Below are positions 11,793 to 24,246 of a DNA stretch of 64,000 nucleotides, piece by piece. Each line of letters opens with the position of its first letter. Positions within the stretch are counted from its first letter, which is position 1. The notes under the pieces are model-generated. The model did not search any database. It was not told the DNA's origin and saw only the letters and a list, made by a program, of their open reading frames with translations. Both the position numbers and the translations under genes were made by a program. Source of the DNA: Selaginella moellendorffii (lineage: Eukaryota > Plantae > Lycopodiophyta); assembly GCF_000143415.4 (NCBI RefSeq), contig NW_003314415.1:62001-126000 (forward strand). The letters are read 5' to 3'.

Positions 11793-13574
11793 ATGGCATC
11801 ACGGGATTTCGAAGAATTCCACAAGAAATGGTTTGATGCAGCTAGCTTGCAACTCAAATCTCTTCGCAATGCTTTGAAAGAGGAGCTTTGCTCAGAGGAA
11901 TTGCTCATCCAAGCACTAGAACAGTTCTACACTTTCTACAGAAACTATGCCGAGGAAAAGATCCAGATGATCAAAGAAGATGCTTCTCACGTAGTAGCGA
12001 GCTGCTGGAGGTCCCCGCTGGAGATTTCTTTCCTGTGGATGGGAGGGTGGCGACCAACAATGAGCGTCATCTTGGTTTTCTCGCTCATGGGGATGCAGAT
12101 AGAAGACGATCTCGTGAAAATCTTGGAAGGAATGGACGTCCCAACCATGGCAGCATTGTCCGGGAAGCAACTCCAGAGACTAAACTCGCTACAACAGCGT
12201 AATCGTCATGCCGAAGACAACATCTCCAATCATCTTGCCGACTTACAAGTAAGTCTTTGCGACTTCTCTTCTTTCTCTCTTCTCTTCATTGCTTTTATAA
12301 CTCTTCCACCAGCTTCTTCTGATGAAACTTCACCTTGTCTCATGACTAGATGCTGGTTGCAGATCAAGAGATAACAAGGGCCACTGTCACAGATCCACCA
12401 CCAAGCGAATCAGACGATTTGTCACTGCTCCAAGAGGCCATGGAACCGAAGCTGGCGTACCTGCGTGACATCGTTCTCGAGGCCGAGGAGCTGCGGCTAC
12501 GAGCAGCGGACGAGCTGGTGCAAATCTTGACACCGCTGCAAGCAGTACAGTATGCCGTGACTGCGCTGGAGCTGGGAATCGCGGTGAGAAAACTTGGAGT
12601 CTCTGCAGCACTGAGCCAACACCAGTGCATACGAGGAAGTGCTTTGGAGGGGAATGTCAACACCTTACGAAAGGTTTTGGCCAGAGGAGCTGATCCATCG
12701 GCAGCGGATTCTGACGGTCGTACAGCTTTGGTAAAGACAGGCTCTCTCTCCTTCCCTGCATGCTCTGAGCTTTCTTTTTTCTTCGCAGCATATGGCAGCG
12801 TCGAAAGGCCACAGTGAGTGTGTCGATATGCTGATAAATGCCGGGGCCAACGTGAACAAGAAAGGTCTCGTATTATGGATTTCTTCGCTTTCATTGCTTG
12901 ATTTTCATTTCTTTCTTTCAGATAACTTTGGAATGACGCCATTGCTCGCAGCGTTGAAAGGAGGCCACGATGTTGCTGCGGACTTGCTCGTTGAAAAGGG
13001 AGCTGAGCCGCTTCTGGAGGTTTGCAAGTTTTAGCTCCAGGCATTACGTTAATGGTGATCTTTTTTTATCTTAATCCTTCCTTTGTGTGTGTGAAACAGG
13101 AACCAGGGATAGAACTTTGCAAAGCAACAGCCAGTGGTGACGTGAAGTATGTGGAGAGGCTCGTAAAGCACGGTGTGGATCCGAGTGCTGTCGACTATGC
13201 TCAAAACACGCCACTTCACATTGCTGCTGCGGTTGGAAGCCTGGAGGCCGTCGCCATTCTTGTAAATGAAGGTGCTGATGTTCTTGCGAAAGACCGGTAA
13301 ACACACCGAAAGCAACTGTGGAACTTTGTTTGTAAATGTGTAACTGTGTAAGTCTTCTCGTCACAGGCATGGCCACACGCCCCTCGACGAAGCGAGGGAT
13401 GCCGAGAGTGAAGCCGCAGTGAAGATAATCGAGGAGGAAGTGGCGAGGCGTCGTGAATCAGAGAGCTCGAACGACATGGTTCGTTTTCTCAGCTTTCTTG
13501 TCAGTGAGTGTTGTGGGTCAGCTAATCAGATTCGCAATGACAGAGCTAGCAACCTCGCGACGAAAGTCTACTAG
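11793..13574 (+). CDS. DOG1-domain protein fused to C-terminal ankyrin repeats (multi-exon)
   Basis: DOG1 signature WRSPLEISFLWMGGWRPT, LSGKQLQRLNSLQ, EAEELRLRAADELVQILTPLQAVQY. The same exon continues into ankyrin repeats (DSDGRTAL|HMAASKGH, GMTPLLAALKGGH, QNTPLHIAAAVG, HGHTPLDEA). Confidence 0.88.
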
Positions 13575-14136
13575 AGTATCGGATTCCTATAAATGCGTTG
13601 ACATCCGCTATCATCTATCTATGTAAGTAACCAAATTACAAGAGCCTGGACGAGAGTAATAACTTGAGGAGTTTATACAGTTTTTATATGTTCATCTCCC
13701 TTTCTTTTTCATTGTTAATCAAAAGAAGGTGTTGGTTTTGTCTTCAGGCAGAATGTGAGATATCTCGTAGCTGACTTTCAGGTACTTTTTTTCTCTATCA
13801 CTTTGCGATCTCACTGGCTGGGCCCTTGGCAGAAAAGCAGAAAGTGATGGAGAGTAATGCAAATGGATTTAGGAAACACACAATGGGTTTAACCGGTCAG
13901 TCAAATCTTAAAACGCTCCACTGTTTTAAGTTTTCCAGTTGACCAAGTTGCGATGGAGCTTCTCTTTCGTATATATCTACAAAGACCTTTGAGCTCCGGG
14001 CATCAAAAAGGAGAAGAAGAAGCAAAACATTCGTGCTGCTGGACAGGCAAGAGAAACACACAAGTCTTTCTTCTCTTTTCTTATGCGTGATTGATCGTTG
14101 TTTTTTTAGCTCTCAGCGGAGCATATTGCTAAAGAC

Positions 14137-15141
14137 ATGGAGTTCGTGACTTGTGTCCTCTAGCGACTCTCTACACACTCAGTCGTCACCGCGTGATGCT
14201 ACTCTCTATTCCTTCCTGTTTTTTTTCGTTTTTTCCCTTCCATGATTCCAGTCCAGCAGTGATGCCACTGTTCCAAGCTTGACTTGTATTGTGATCTACT
14301 CATGATTGTGCAGCTTGGCGCAAGAAATCTTCTAGCTTTCCGGCTATGAAATTGGACACTAGCGCGTGGACACATCTCCGAGCAGACACCAGTGCGAGAG
14401 AGAGAGCTGGAGCGGGAGCTTTCATGTCGCCTCCCAAGAACAATTCACGGGTAAGGGTTCTCGCGATCAAAGATTAATCGAGCTCACGGCATTAATGGCT
14501 GCTCTCATGCGCTATTTTGCAGGGCCTTCGCCACGAATTACCGGCAACGATAACAGCTTCATACCAGCTGATTAAGACAGCCGATGTGGAAAACTCGGCA
14601 ATAAAGTCGCTGATGCCATGCCAAGAACAAAGCTCTCGAGGTATCTTACCAAAAAAATCTCATTTTTATGGAGCTTTCACTTACTGATTCCTTGTTGCTT
14701 GATTGCCGTGCCCCAGGCGATGTAAGTGAGGCCGTTTGCCGGATTTGCCTGGTGGAGCTGAGCGAAGGCGAGAGCTTTCGCATGGATTGCTGCTGCAAAG
14801 GGGACCTCGCGGCGGCTCACAGCGACTGCGCAGCGAAGTGGTTTACGATCCGGGGAAAGAGCTCGTGTGACATCTGCGGACACACAGTTAAAAATCTCTC
14901 ACCGCTGCTGGACAGTTCGAGAAGGAGCTTTCGATCACTCGATGATGGTCCCCAGCGGCAACAATTGGAAGAAGACTACGAATTGATCAGGTAAAAAAAT
15001 GTTGATCTTTTAGACGAGTTCTGCTCAGCAAACCAAGATTTTTCCAGGAGCATTTCTTGGATCGAAGTGTTGGCAGTGTATTTGAGCTGTGCGCTGGCAT
15101 CGCTGTGGCGAAAACTGGAAGAGCTCTCAGAGTTTCCATGA
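14137..15141 (+). CDS. RING-CH (RINGv/MARCH-type) E3 ubiquitin ligase with C-terminal hydrophobic helix; 5' exons uncertain
   Basis: C4HC3 motif CRICLVELSEGESFRMDCCCKGDLAAAHSDCAAKWFTIRGKSSCDIC (exon ~14719-14990); intron 14991-15047; last exon ISWIEVLAVYLSCALASLW...FP*. Confidence 0.75.
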
Positions 15142-15406
15142 AAGCTATGGAAATTGTTGTACAGAAGTAGGAAGAAGGGTTTACATCTATCAACCTTTTA
15201 GGGTTTGTGGCGTCGCTTTCAAAGCCTTCGTTTTTTTCGCAAGCTTTCCATCTCGTATTGATTCGCGGAAGGATAGAATTGTAAGAAACAAAGCCAGAGA
15301 TGAAGAAAAAATTGGTACAAACATTATCTCTTTCCTCGCAACCAAAATCAACAAAGAGAGAGAGAAAAAGAAAAACACTCTTTCCGCGAGCTCTTGTTTC
15401 ACTTCT

Positions 15407-16690
15407 TCACGAAGACGATGTCTCATTTTTCGTCTCGGATGCGGTCAGGCTCTGGAGGTCTCTCTGCAAGGCATCTTTTGGAAGCTGTGAATTCAAAGCC
15501 TGGAAGAGAAAGGGCGATGAAAAACGAGCTTAGCTTCGATCAGCTCAATCGTACTTAAAGATCAATCAGACCTTGACGTGGAAGTAGTGGAAGGTCGTGG
15601 ACGCGTTGGTGGAGATGTTTGCGTCGAGGACTCGGAACTTGTGATGCTCCAGGAGAAGCAACACCTTGGAGAAGACGCTCCTGTTCTTGCTGGCGCAGAT
15701 CATGGTGATGAAAGCGTCGCTGCCGCAAACGCTGAGGATCACATTGGACGCCTGCTGCGATTGCTGCTGGATCATGCCCGGATGATCATCGCCCCCTCCG
15801 GCGTTCTTGGAGCCGCGGTCATTGGTGGTGGTGCAAATCGATGGCGATGGAGAGCCCGAGTCCTTGATCGCCATCGCCGCGCGAGGAGAAGCGCTTCTCA
15901 ACACATCGGAGCGTTTCTTGTCCAGATCCTCCAGGTCCTTTCGGAGGAGATGGATGTAGCTGATGATCTCGGAGACGATGGTCGACTTATCGCTCTAAGA
16001 TCAGAGAAAAAAAATCGGACAATCGGTTTTAGCTACAGGATGGAGGAAGGCAACAAAAACCACGAAGAAACCAAGAACGAGAGAGAAAAATAAAAGGGAG
16101 AGAGGAGCTCCAAGTACCTTGGAACACGTCTCCGGTAAGAGCGATGCCAGCGTCGAGAAGAGATGGTTCATCCCTTTCCTCCGCTGCCTCTCGGAAAGAA
16201 TGTGGCTCTCGCGCGGCGAGATGCTTTTGCTCTTGCTGTCCACTCCAAGATCGTGAGTCGCTGCCAATGTTCTTCGGCTACTTCGCTTAGATCCAGCCCC
16301 CGCCGCCTTCGCCATCGGTGGGAGAGCTGGAGGAGCCACGAACTGCGTCGGGGATGGCGATGTCAAGCACGGGAGAACGCTCGACGCTGGCGAGCAAATG
16401 CCCTGCAATGTGGAATGGGTCTCGGGGAGTTCTTGCGGGAAATGCAGCAAAGGGTCGTCCATGGATTCGAATGTGGCCATTGGAGAAGCTCCCTGATCGC
16501 TCGAGGTGGCCGCCGCCGGCCACCACTCTGGGAAATCCTCGAGCTCGAAAGAGGGCAATCGAGTCTCTTCCAGGAGTGGTGACTTCAGCATTTGGTGGAT
16601 GGATTGCTCGATAGATCCATCCGGAAGAGGAGCAGCGGCAGCGGCAGTGGCAGTGGAGCAGGATTTGGATCGTCGTCTACGCGGTGGCAT
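15407..16690 (-). CDS. bHLH transcription factor with C-terminal ACT-like domain, resembling ZHOUPI/RGE1 (subfamily Ib)
   Basis: RESHILSERQRRKGMNHLFSTLASLLP...K|SDKSTIVSEIISYIHLL; ACT-like NVILSVCGSDAFITMIC...LLEHHKFRVLDANIS. TATA-like element on the minus strand near 16905-16912. Confidence 0.88.
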
Positions 16691-17415
16691 TGCACGCTGG
16701 AGGATCAAAGAAAAAAGTCCGAGAGTGAGGAAAAAATGCGATTTTTCCGGTGACTTACCGCGAGTTGAGAGAGATCCCTGTTGCAAATATCGTTCTTTCA
16801 CAGGCAGGAGCTCGGAAGCTCGGATAAGTTGTAGCGTGGTAGCTTGAACGTTCTAAACGGGTTGGACAGGATGGGTGAGAGAGAGAAAGAAAGAGAGGGC
16901 CAGGCTTTATAAAAAAGAAGATCTGGGAAAATGGACTGGAAGAGATGGTGATCATAAGCAGCAACAATGGTAAAGTCAGATCGCTCGCTCGCAAAGGCAA
17001 CGAATAAAAAGCCAATTAAGAAAAGGCTGCCCCATCGCTGCTGCCTCGCCCGCAAGTCAAGACTCGCAATTGTGACGAGGCGAGCCGAGTATGGCGAGCT
17101 CCTTCGCCTTCCATCGTCGCAAAATGAACAGTGCAGCGTGATTCTTTACAGTAACACCAAGATCACCGCGTTAGTCACGCGACTTAGCCAGGGCCACGAG
17201 ACGCATATCGAAAGAGATGGACAAACTTCTCCTTGGACGTATACAAAAATCTCTTTTTTTTCTTCGAAGGACAGGTTGCTGGTGAGAGAGGGGACCGTAT
17301 CTCGCACTCGCAGCAGGTCGCCGGAAGGAATGCACGTTAATACAATCTTTGCACGTTTCCACTCGGGCGAGTCGGAGTACCGAAGCGGCAGTGGTTTTAT
17401 AAGCGATTAGCGAGA

Positions 17416-17418
<3 letters not shown>

Positions 17419-17449
<31 letters not shown>
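17419..17449. repeat. (GA)n microsatellite upstream of the bHLH gene
   Basis: About 15 perfect GA units. Confidence 0.9.
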
Positions 17450-17451
<2 letters not shown>

Positions 17452-18234
17452 CTCTGTTAATGGACAGTGTTGAGCCACGCTTCCACGTCCCTGAAATGAC
17501 AAGTCTCGGACACCACCACCATGCCCTGCCTCTTTCTCCGCTCGTCAATTTCGCAAAACTTTCCGTAAGACCTTCTGAGATTCTAGTACCACTATCTGAT
17601 GTTAAGGCACACCACAATGTCGCCATTGTTCCACGTGAATAATGCTTTTACGGATTTTGTTCTCTTTGAGCAGTGACTTTGCAAGGACTATCTAGAGTTT
17701 CTCCGCGTCGCGCTAGCAAAGTTTGATTTTTGATCGACCGGGTGGCGCGAGTAATCCAGGTTCCAGAATGTGAATCGATAAGCTCGAACTTACATCCATG
17801 AATTCGTACACCAGAGAAGGGTCAGCATTTCATTTAGAGGCACTGAGAGGTATGGCTCGCGAGGAAAGTAATGAGAAGCCGGCGTGTAGCTTCCCTTGGC
17901 CTCTCGTGTTTGTTTGTTCGTGGGATTTTTTTCCCATTTTTTTTTCCATTTCCGAGCTCTCATTTACTCACTCGCTATGATCTGAAACTCGTTGTGGATG
18001 CACGGGACACGGCCACCGTGCCCTGTCAAAGGATAGGAAAAGTATCAGGAGCTTTCAATTCGGCACCACCAGCATTCGATTTTCTGTGCAGCCATGGCAT
18101 AAAAAAAAACGATTTTTTTCTTCACAGGGATGGTGATGATGGCGACTGGTCTCCATCCAAGTAACGAAGGTATCGGGGTTTAGGTAGTGGGATTTTTTAG
18201 GGCTCTTATTCTCGCGCTAGGTCTGTGGCGGGCG

Positions 18235-19500
18235 ATGGCGCTGGCTGTGACAGCGCCAGTGTCAATCGGAGGCGCTGATCGCGCAGGTGAGGTCGCGACA
18301 TGTATGCTAGATTATGGGCATTGTCTCGCGCACGGATATCTAAATTCTTTCTTTCTCACACAGCGTGCCTCGCAAGTCTGACTTTGCGCTCGCGATCGAG
18401 GAGATTTAAGCCGCGATCTCCGGGTAAGCTTGCTCACGCACAGAAAAAACAAGAGGGGCTCGGATTTTTTTCGTTTGTTTAGTGTTTTTCCTGAGGCCAT
18501 TGATTGTCGACTGTTGCTGAGGTTGAAGTTTCACAGCTTGTACGTCGTCAGTGGATGGTCGGGCTAGTTTTGATATCGAGGCAAAGAATCTGTTTGTGGA
18601 GGTACGGGGTGACACGGGGCTTGTAGTACCCGTGCTCAAGAATTGTTCCATTCGAATCCCGCAAGGACAGCTCTGGATGCTCCTCGGGCCCAATGGATGC
18701 GGGAAATCGACACTGCTCAAGGCCAGTCTTTACGGTAGCCTTTCACTTTCGTTTGTGTAATGACTCTCCTAACTCTTTGCTTGTGTCTTGTTTGGCTATT
18801 TTCCAGTGCCTTGCAGGGCTGATGAGACCCTCCCGTGGACAGATGCGTGTGGCACAGCCAAAGAGCTTTGTCTTCCAGAATCCGGATCACCAGGTTCCTG
18901 TAGTTGATAGCCAGTTTTTCACTTCTCGTTGTTTCCACCAGGTTGTCATGCCTACAGCCGAAGCAGATGTTGCGTTCGGGCTTGGACGCCTACAATTAAC
19001 GCAAGAGGAGGTCCGGGACCGAGTTTGGAGGTCTCTTAAAGCCGTGGGGATGGAGAACTACTTACAGGTGAATGAAATGTGGTTTCTTGTGTGGACAAGC
19101 AGATGAGTTTTGTTTTTTTTTTTTTTTCCTGCAGCGTCCTATACAGACGCTAAGTGGTGGTCAAAAGCAGCGAGTGGCCATCGCGGGGGCGCTTGCCGAG
19201 ACAAGCCGGGTGCTTCTTCTGGACGAGTTAACGACTTTCTTAGACGAAACCGATCAGGTCAGTCTCCTCAAGTCGTTTCTTTCATCTAAAAGGACTGCTT
19301 GTCATCAGGTTGGAGTGTTGGAAGCTGTCCGACGAGTGGTTGCTGGGCCGCCTTCAGTAACGTCCCTGTGGGTAACTCATCGTCTGGAGGAGCTTAACTA
19401 CGCAGATGGAGCTGCCTATATGGAGAACGGACGCGTTGTTTTAAGTGGATCCGTTGCAGATGTTATGGACTACATTAACCTCAAGAAAGCGGAGCTCTGA
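18235..19500 (+). CDS. ABCI10: ABC transporter I family ATPase (ECF-A/CbiO-like, NAP13/ABCI10), multi-exon
   Basis: Walker A GPNGCGKST, FVFQNPDHQVVMPT, signature LSGGQKQRVAIAGALAE, Walker B LLLDELTTFLD, H-loop WVTHRLEEL. Confidence 0.9.
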
Positions 19501-19738
19501 CGAGTCCTCGTGCCATGGTATTGGTATGTCAATGTCGCTTCTTTTCTTTCAACACGACGAATCTGACCAGACTATCTTTTAGGAGATTGGTGGTGTCCAG
19601 GAGGCACGAGCAAAGACTTTTTTAATGCGGAGAATTGTGTTCGTTATCAATGCCGCGGCTTTAAAAGCTCCCACGACGATCTCCATGATACGGTATGTGT
19701 TGTGTCTGCTCTACAGTGCCAGCAGAGAACTCTCACTC

Positions 19739-20272
19739 ATGGCAAAGCTTGCAGTGCTCGCCACTCTTCTACCAGCAGTGTTATCAGCAGCAGCAGCGCT
19801 CTCTTCGTCTCTAACATCTCCGGAAAGCTTCCAAGCTCCGTCCCGAGTGAAGTTTTACATGCAAGACAGGCAGCTGATCGCGAACAGCACCGGGGTTGTA
19901 GTCGCGGCACAGGGTGGCAATCTCACGCTCTACGGCTTTGGAACTCTGATCGTCATGGACGATCCACTCACGGAGACTCCCTGCAACGATTCCAGGCTTG
20001 TGGGACGCGGGCAGGGCATGTACCTGGTGGAGTCGAGGTCCGACTTTCATTTGCTCGTCTCCTACTCGGCGTTTCTTGAGACTTCCAGCTACAAGGGGAG
20101 CTTGGTGTTCCATGGCTCGTACAAGGCGCTCCAGTCCCCGAGAGAGCTTCCAGTGATCGCCGGGACGGGGGACTTTAGAGGAGTCCAGGGATACGCGATT
20201 GTCACCACTGCTGTGGATCATGGATTGTACGTGGTGCTCCAAGTGGACTGCTACTTGACTCAAAGAATGTAG
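19739..20272 (+). CDS. Dirigent protein, secreted, intronless
   Basis: Signal peptide MAKLAVLATLL; dirigent motifs FYMQD, FGTLIVMDDPLT, VGRGQGMY, RELPVIAGTGDFRGVQGYA. Confidence 0.93.
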   Translation: MAKLAVLATLLPAVLSAAAALSSSLTSPESFQAPSRVKFYMQDRQLIANSTGVVVAAQGGNLTLYGFGTLIVMDDPLTETPCNDSRLVGRGQGMYLVESRSDFHLLVSYSAFLETSSYKGSLVFHGSYKALQSPRELPVIAGTGDFRGVQGYAIVTTAVDHGLYVVLQVDCYLTQRM

Positions 20273-20408
20273 AAGAATCTTTATATCGAAAACTAAGTTA
20301 CCAGATCTTTGGAATCCGCGTGGCTTTTCTTTCTTCTGCAAACTTGTTGGTGGCCTGGATAGAAACAACGTCAAGGCTTCAGCTATGGTGAAGAACTAGA
20401 TGATTACC

Positions 20409-22007
20409 TCATAAGTTGAGTAGCTGCAAGCCTCCCTTCTGATCCTGGCAGCCACCGAGGTGACGCTTGATCCACTCCCGGTGCTCCGTGGAAATGTTTC
20501 TGGCGCTGGAGCAATCTGGCTGCTGGGGAAAATGCGTGCACGGCTCCGAGGACTGGCTCAAGTAACACACGTCCCCCTCGGGATGGAGCTCCGTCCCTCT
20601 GATCTTCAACATCCACGGCCTCGTCCTTGCCAGCCCCCGAGAGATATAGCCAAAAGTCGAGAACTCGCTCGTGGCCAAGTGGTGGGCGAAGCTCAGCAGC
20701 CACATCTCCGCCAGAGCGAGGCTGGCCTGGTGAAGATTGTGCCACTCGGCCCCTTCGCTGGACAGGGAGTGAAAGCTGACGAGCTCCTCTGATGCTGTCC
20801 CGTTTTGTAGAAACTCGTCCCTGAGTGTCTCGTAGTACTTCCCTTGGAGCGAAGCCACGAAAACGGAGACGTCAACCTGGTGTTGCTGCTGTTGCTGCTT
20901 CTCAAACTCGATCAGCGATGGCGAAGAGCTTGAGGATAAGTTCGGCAGAAGATGGTGGCTTGTGAGGCACCTGGAAACTATCTGGTTCACCAGCGGATCA
21001 AAACTGGCCAGGTCTGGTCGGCTGTGTGTTCGTATCTGGACCCCAACCCGAGACTTGGAGCAGGATAAGTAGCTGTTGTAGAAGCGAGAGACTAGGGACC
21101 ATATGGAGTTCGCCGGTGCGATCGCGAGGCTGGAGAGTTGAGCAAATATGTCGAGCCGAGAGCCTGGAAATAAGGTAACTAGCTTTCTCCACATCCACGG
21201 TACCTTAAAGAAGCTGGAAACGAAGTACTGGTTGCTGCTCCAGGCGAGGGTCCTCACGTGGCTCAGTGGCTCCTGGAACTCGTTGCAAAAGAAGAGCTTA
21301 TCGGTCTCTCTCTGGACGTGAGCAAGATGCAAGTGAACGATTGGAACACTAAAGTTTTTATCGATGGCTTGTCCCAAGTCCGGAGCATGTTTTACAATCT
21401 CTGGAAACCACAAGCTCGACTTTTAGTGTATATTATAAAAACAAACAAACCAAGGCTCACCATATGGAAAGTCAGCTGGAAGAAGCCATGAAGAGCCTTG
21501 AAAAGGCTCACAGAGTATTTTCCCAACTTCCTTCCTGGAATCTATCATCAACACCCGATCTGTGATCATAGAGTAGAGCAGCGCTGATAGTAGCGACAAG
21601 ATCCTGTTTCCCAGCCCCTCGTGAGTCTCAACATAGATCATGAACTTACAAGATGAGTTGACATGGGAACTTTCTTCGAGGAGGACTTCCGTCCAGTTGG
21701 AGGGAGCACACTTCCTGTGCAACTCACCGTATCTCTTCCACGACTCTAGCAGCGTCGGAGAGATGTCAGCCACCTTGTTTGCCCTGTAGAGATGTTGAGA
21801 GCTCCTGCTTACACAGCTTGGATCAATGCTGCCCGCACTTATTCTTGTCTGTTCTGATGGCATCGCTTTCCACACCCATAAAGCTCTCCAGTGAAGGATA
21901 TCGACATCCTCGATGACGAGAAGGACAAGAATCATGAAGCCGGACAGGCTCAGCAGCACTGTGAGCTTTGACGAGCCCAGATCTAGAACCCGATTGATAT
22001 CTTTCAT
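20409..22007 (-). CDS. Xyloglucan/galactoside 2-alpha-L-fucosyltransferase (GT37), 2 exons
   Basis: N-terminal TM anchor; GLGNRILSLLSALLYSMITDRVL, LCEPFQGSSWLLPADFP, VGVQIR, ALAEMWLLS, STFGYIS, SSEPCTH; one intron at ~21460-21401. Confidence 0.92.
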
Positions 22008-22158
22008 GCTTGCTCGGCCCTGTGGCTTCTCTCCAGGTTCTGCGAAAATTTTCTCAACGCGTTACGTAAGAGGAAAGATCATATAAAATAAACCAAAACT
22101 GCCGACTAGTTTACGCTGCACTTACGCATGTTGGAACCACATCAAGTCGTGCACTTTA

Positions 22159-23416
22159 TTAACGGAAATTCTTCAGCGGCTTTACAGGTTTCTCGCGTAT
22201 TCGCTTGAAAGCCATGTAAGTTGTTGCTGCGGACAATGTATACCTGGAAAATGGCCAGTTTTAAGAACGAAAAACATCTAAATTGCTTACCAGGTAAATG
22301 CGTAAGTCAAGTGGTCATTTGGCATCAAAGAAGTGCGAACGAAGTCCTCGATCTCTTTCGGAACAGGGAAGGTGATCTTATCGTCAGTACCAGGACTTGA
22401 GCCAACGGCTTCGATGTATGGACTGTTTTCTGGAAGGCCCGCCGCTTTCAACATCGCCGGAACATCGAAGTAGAACCACTGCCCTTGTTCTGGAACGTTT
22501 AGCGGGACAAACATGCTGGGATTTTCACTCTTCCTTACAACGCCGCAGACAGTGACGGCACCCTTCGCGGGAGAAATCTTCGCGACAAGAAAAGCAATGT
22601 GTCAGGAAGGAAAACTCGCAAACTCGCAAATTCGGAAACATACCTCCATTGTCGGTTTTCCCTTCCACCAAGTCCTCCACCACGTCCCAGTTTTGATCTT
22701 GTCTTGATGGAAGCGTTCGTCCAAGGTAGGCGTCACGACTCCTTTCTCAAAATCCTCGCGCCATGCTGCTGGAACCCATCCACGATTCACAAGCACCGCA
22801 GGCTGCATATCCGAGGAGCTGACGATAAGAATCAGTGCCTAAACGGGAGCGAGAAATTTTTTTTTACCTCGCTGGAAGAAGTGGGGTGACGAGATAGTAT
22901 CCCCTCTGGCTGGAGCCAAACAGTTGCTTCATGCGAGGGCCAATAAAGATAGACTTCTCCTCGTCATAGACACCGTCGCAAACAACTCTCCGGTACTCGA
23001 GAGCGCTCTCGCCGTTGGAGCTCGAGCTCGTATCATCGACCATGGCCAAGGCCAGTGGAACAGGATCCTGCTCCAGCCTCTTTCGCTTATAATCCAAAAG
23101 CTCCGCCTACATTACCAGCAGCGATGAGAAAAAATCCGATCTTTCAGCTTATACCTTCCAATCGCGTCTCTTGACTTGCCAGGTCCCGAGCCCGAACGTC
23201 GCCACACACGGCAAGAAGAGGAAAACCACGGATAATCCCAGCTTCTTCTTCGTCGCTGCAATCGATCGCATTGAAATACACCAAAGATGATCGATTTCTC
23301 CTACCCGCTGGCTCCAATTCGTGCTCCAGGGCAGCTCCCGCCGATCCACGAATCCCCCGCAGAGCTCCCGCGCCCAGCGCGGCACCATAGCGCTGGAGCG
23401 CCTTCCTCATCATCAT
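22159..23416 (-). CDS. SURF1: SURF1/Shy1 cytochrome c oxidase assembly protein, multi-exon
   Basis: FGLGTWQVKRRDWK, LEYRRVVCDG, GYYLVTPL, VLVNRGWVP, FVPLNVPEQGQWFYFDV, NDHLTYAFTW. Confidence 0.93.
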
Positions 23417-24246
23417 GCCCTAGAGAAGACGGTATATGCCGCGAACAGAATATCCAGCAAGAGATTCCGATTCGCGGCATATTCTAGCGATTGTGCTTGG
23501 AATATCCGAGACCAAGAGGACTGACCGCTCAGTTTATTGGACAGTGCAGTCTATCGCGTGTCCATCCACAGTCGCGCACGCATCTGGGCTTTTCTCTGTG
23601 TAGCGCATTCCTCTTTAGGTCTAACGCTCGCGCTCTTCTCTCTCATTCCGGGCTAAGCACAGCAATAATCCAGGGATCCCGAGAGCTCCTCCCCTGTTTT
23701 GGCGCCTGCGGATCGATCGCGCCGGGCAAGGCGCCGCAAGAATCCGTAAGTGCTCGTCGATAGGCGCGCCGAAACGATCGGCCATTACTGCTGGAGCTGG
23801 CTGCTGATAGGGTTTTAGATACTCCTCGCGGATTAGTCAGCGGCATTTTGTTAGGTCTGTAGCACAGGATCGCGCTCTAGTCCGAGAAGCTCTTGGGCAC
23901 TACCCTAGGGTTGGATTGAGCGAGCTAGAGCCAGGAACAGGGGCTGGGATAGAAGGAAGGAATTAAAATGCACAAGGACAGGGACTGGGCGGTATGGCCA
24001 TGGCCGATTCTTTGACTTGCTTGGAGAATGCTTAGTCTCACCAGTGAGTGGGAATTTCCAGAGCACAGCGGCACTGGGTCCTCTGTTCTTCGCGGTGGAT
24101 CATCGACTTTTCGACAGTACCACATATGGAACATGGACCAGAGGCTTGTAGGATTAATGCCTTGCTCTGGAAAGAGTAGGAAACCCAAGAGCTGGAAAAA
24201 AGGATTTAGAATACACGATGCAGCATGCGGGCGATCTTAAGGAGAG

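Noticed and set aside
17000-18200. Possible conserved miRNA precursor in the long bHLH/ABCI10 intergenic region
   Set aside because: No match to conserved miRNA sequences or long fold-back recognised by eye.
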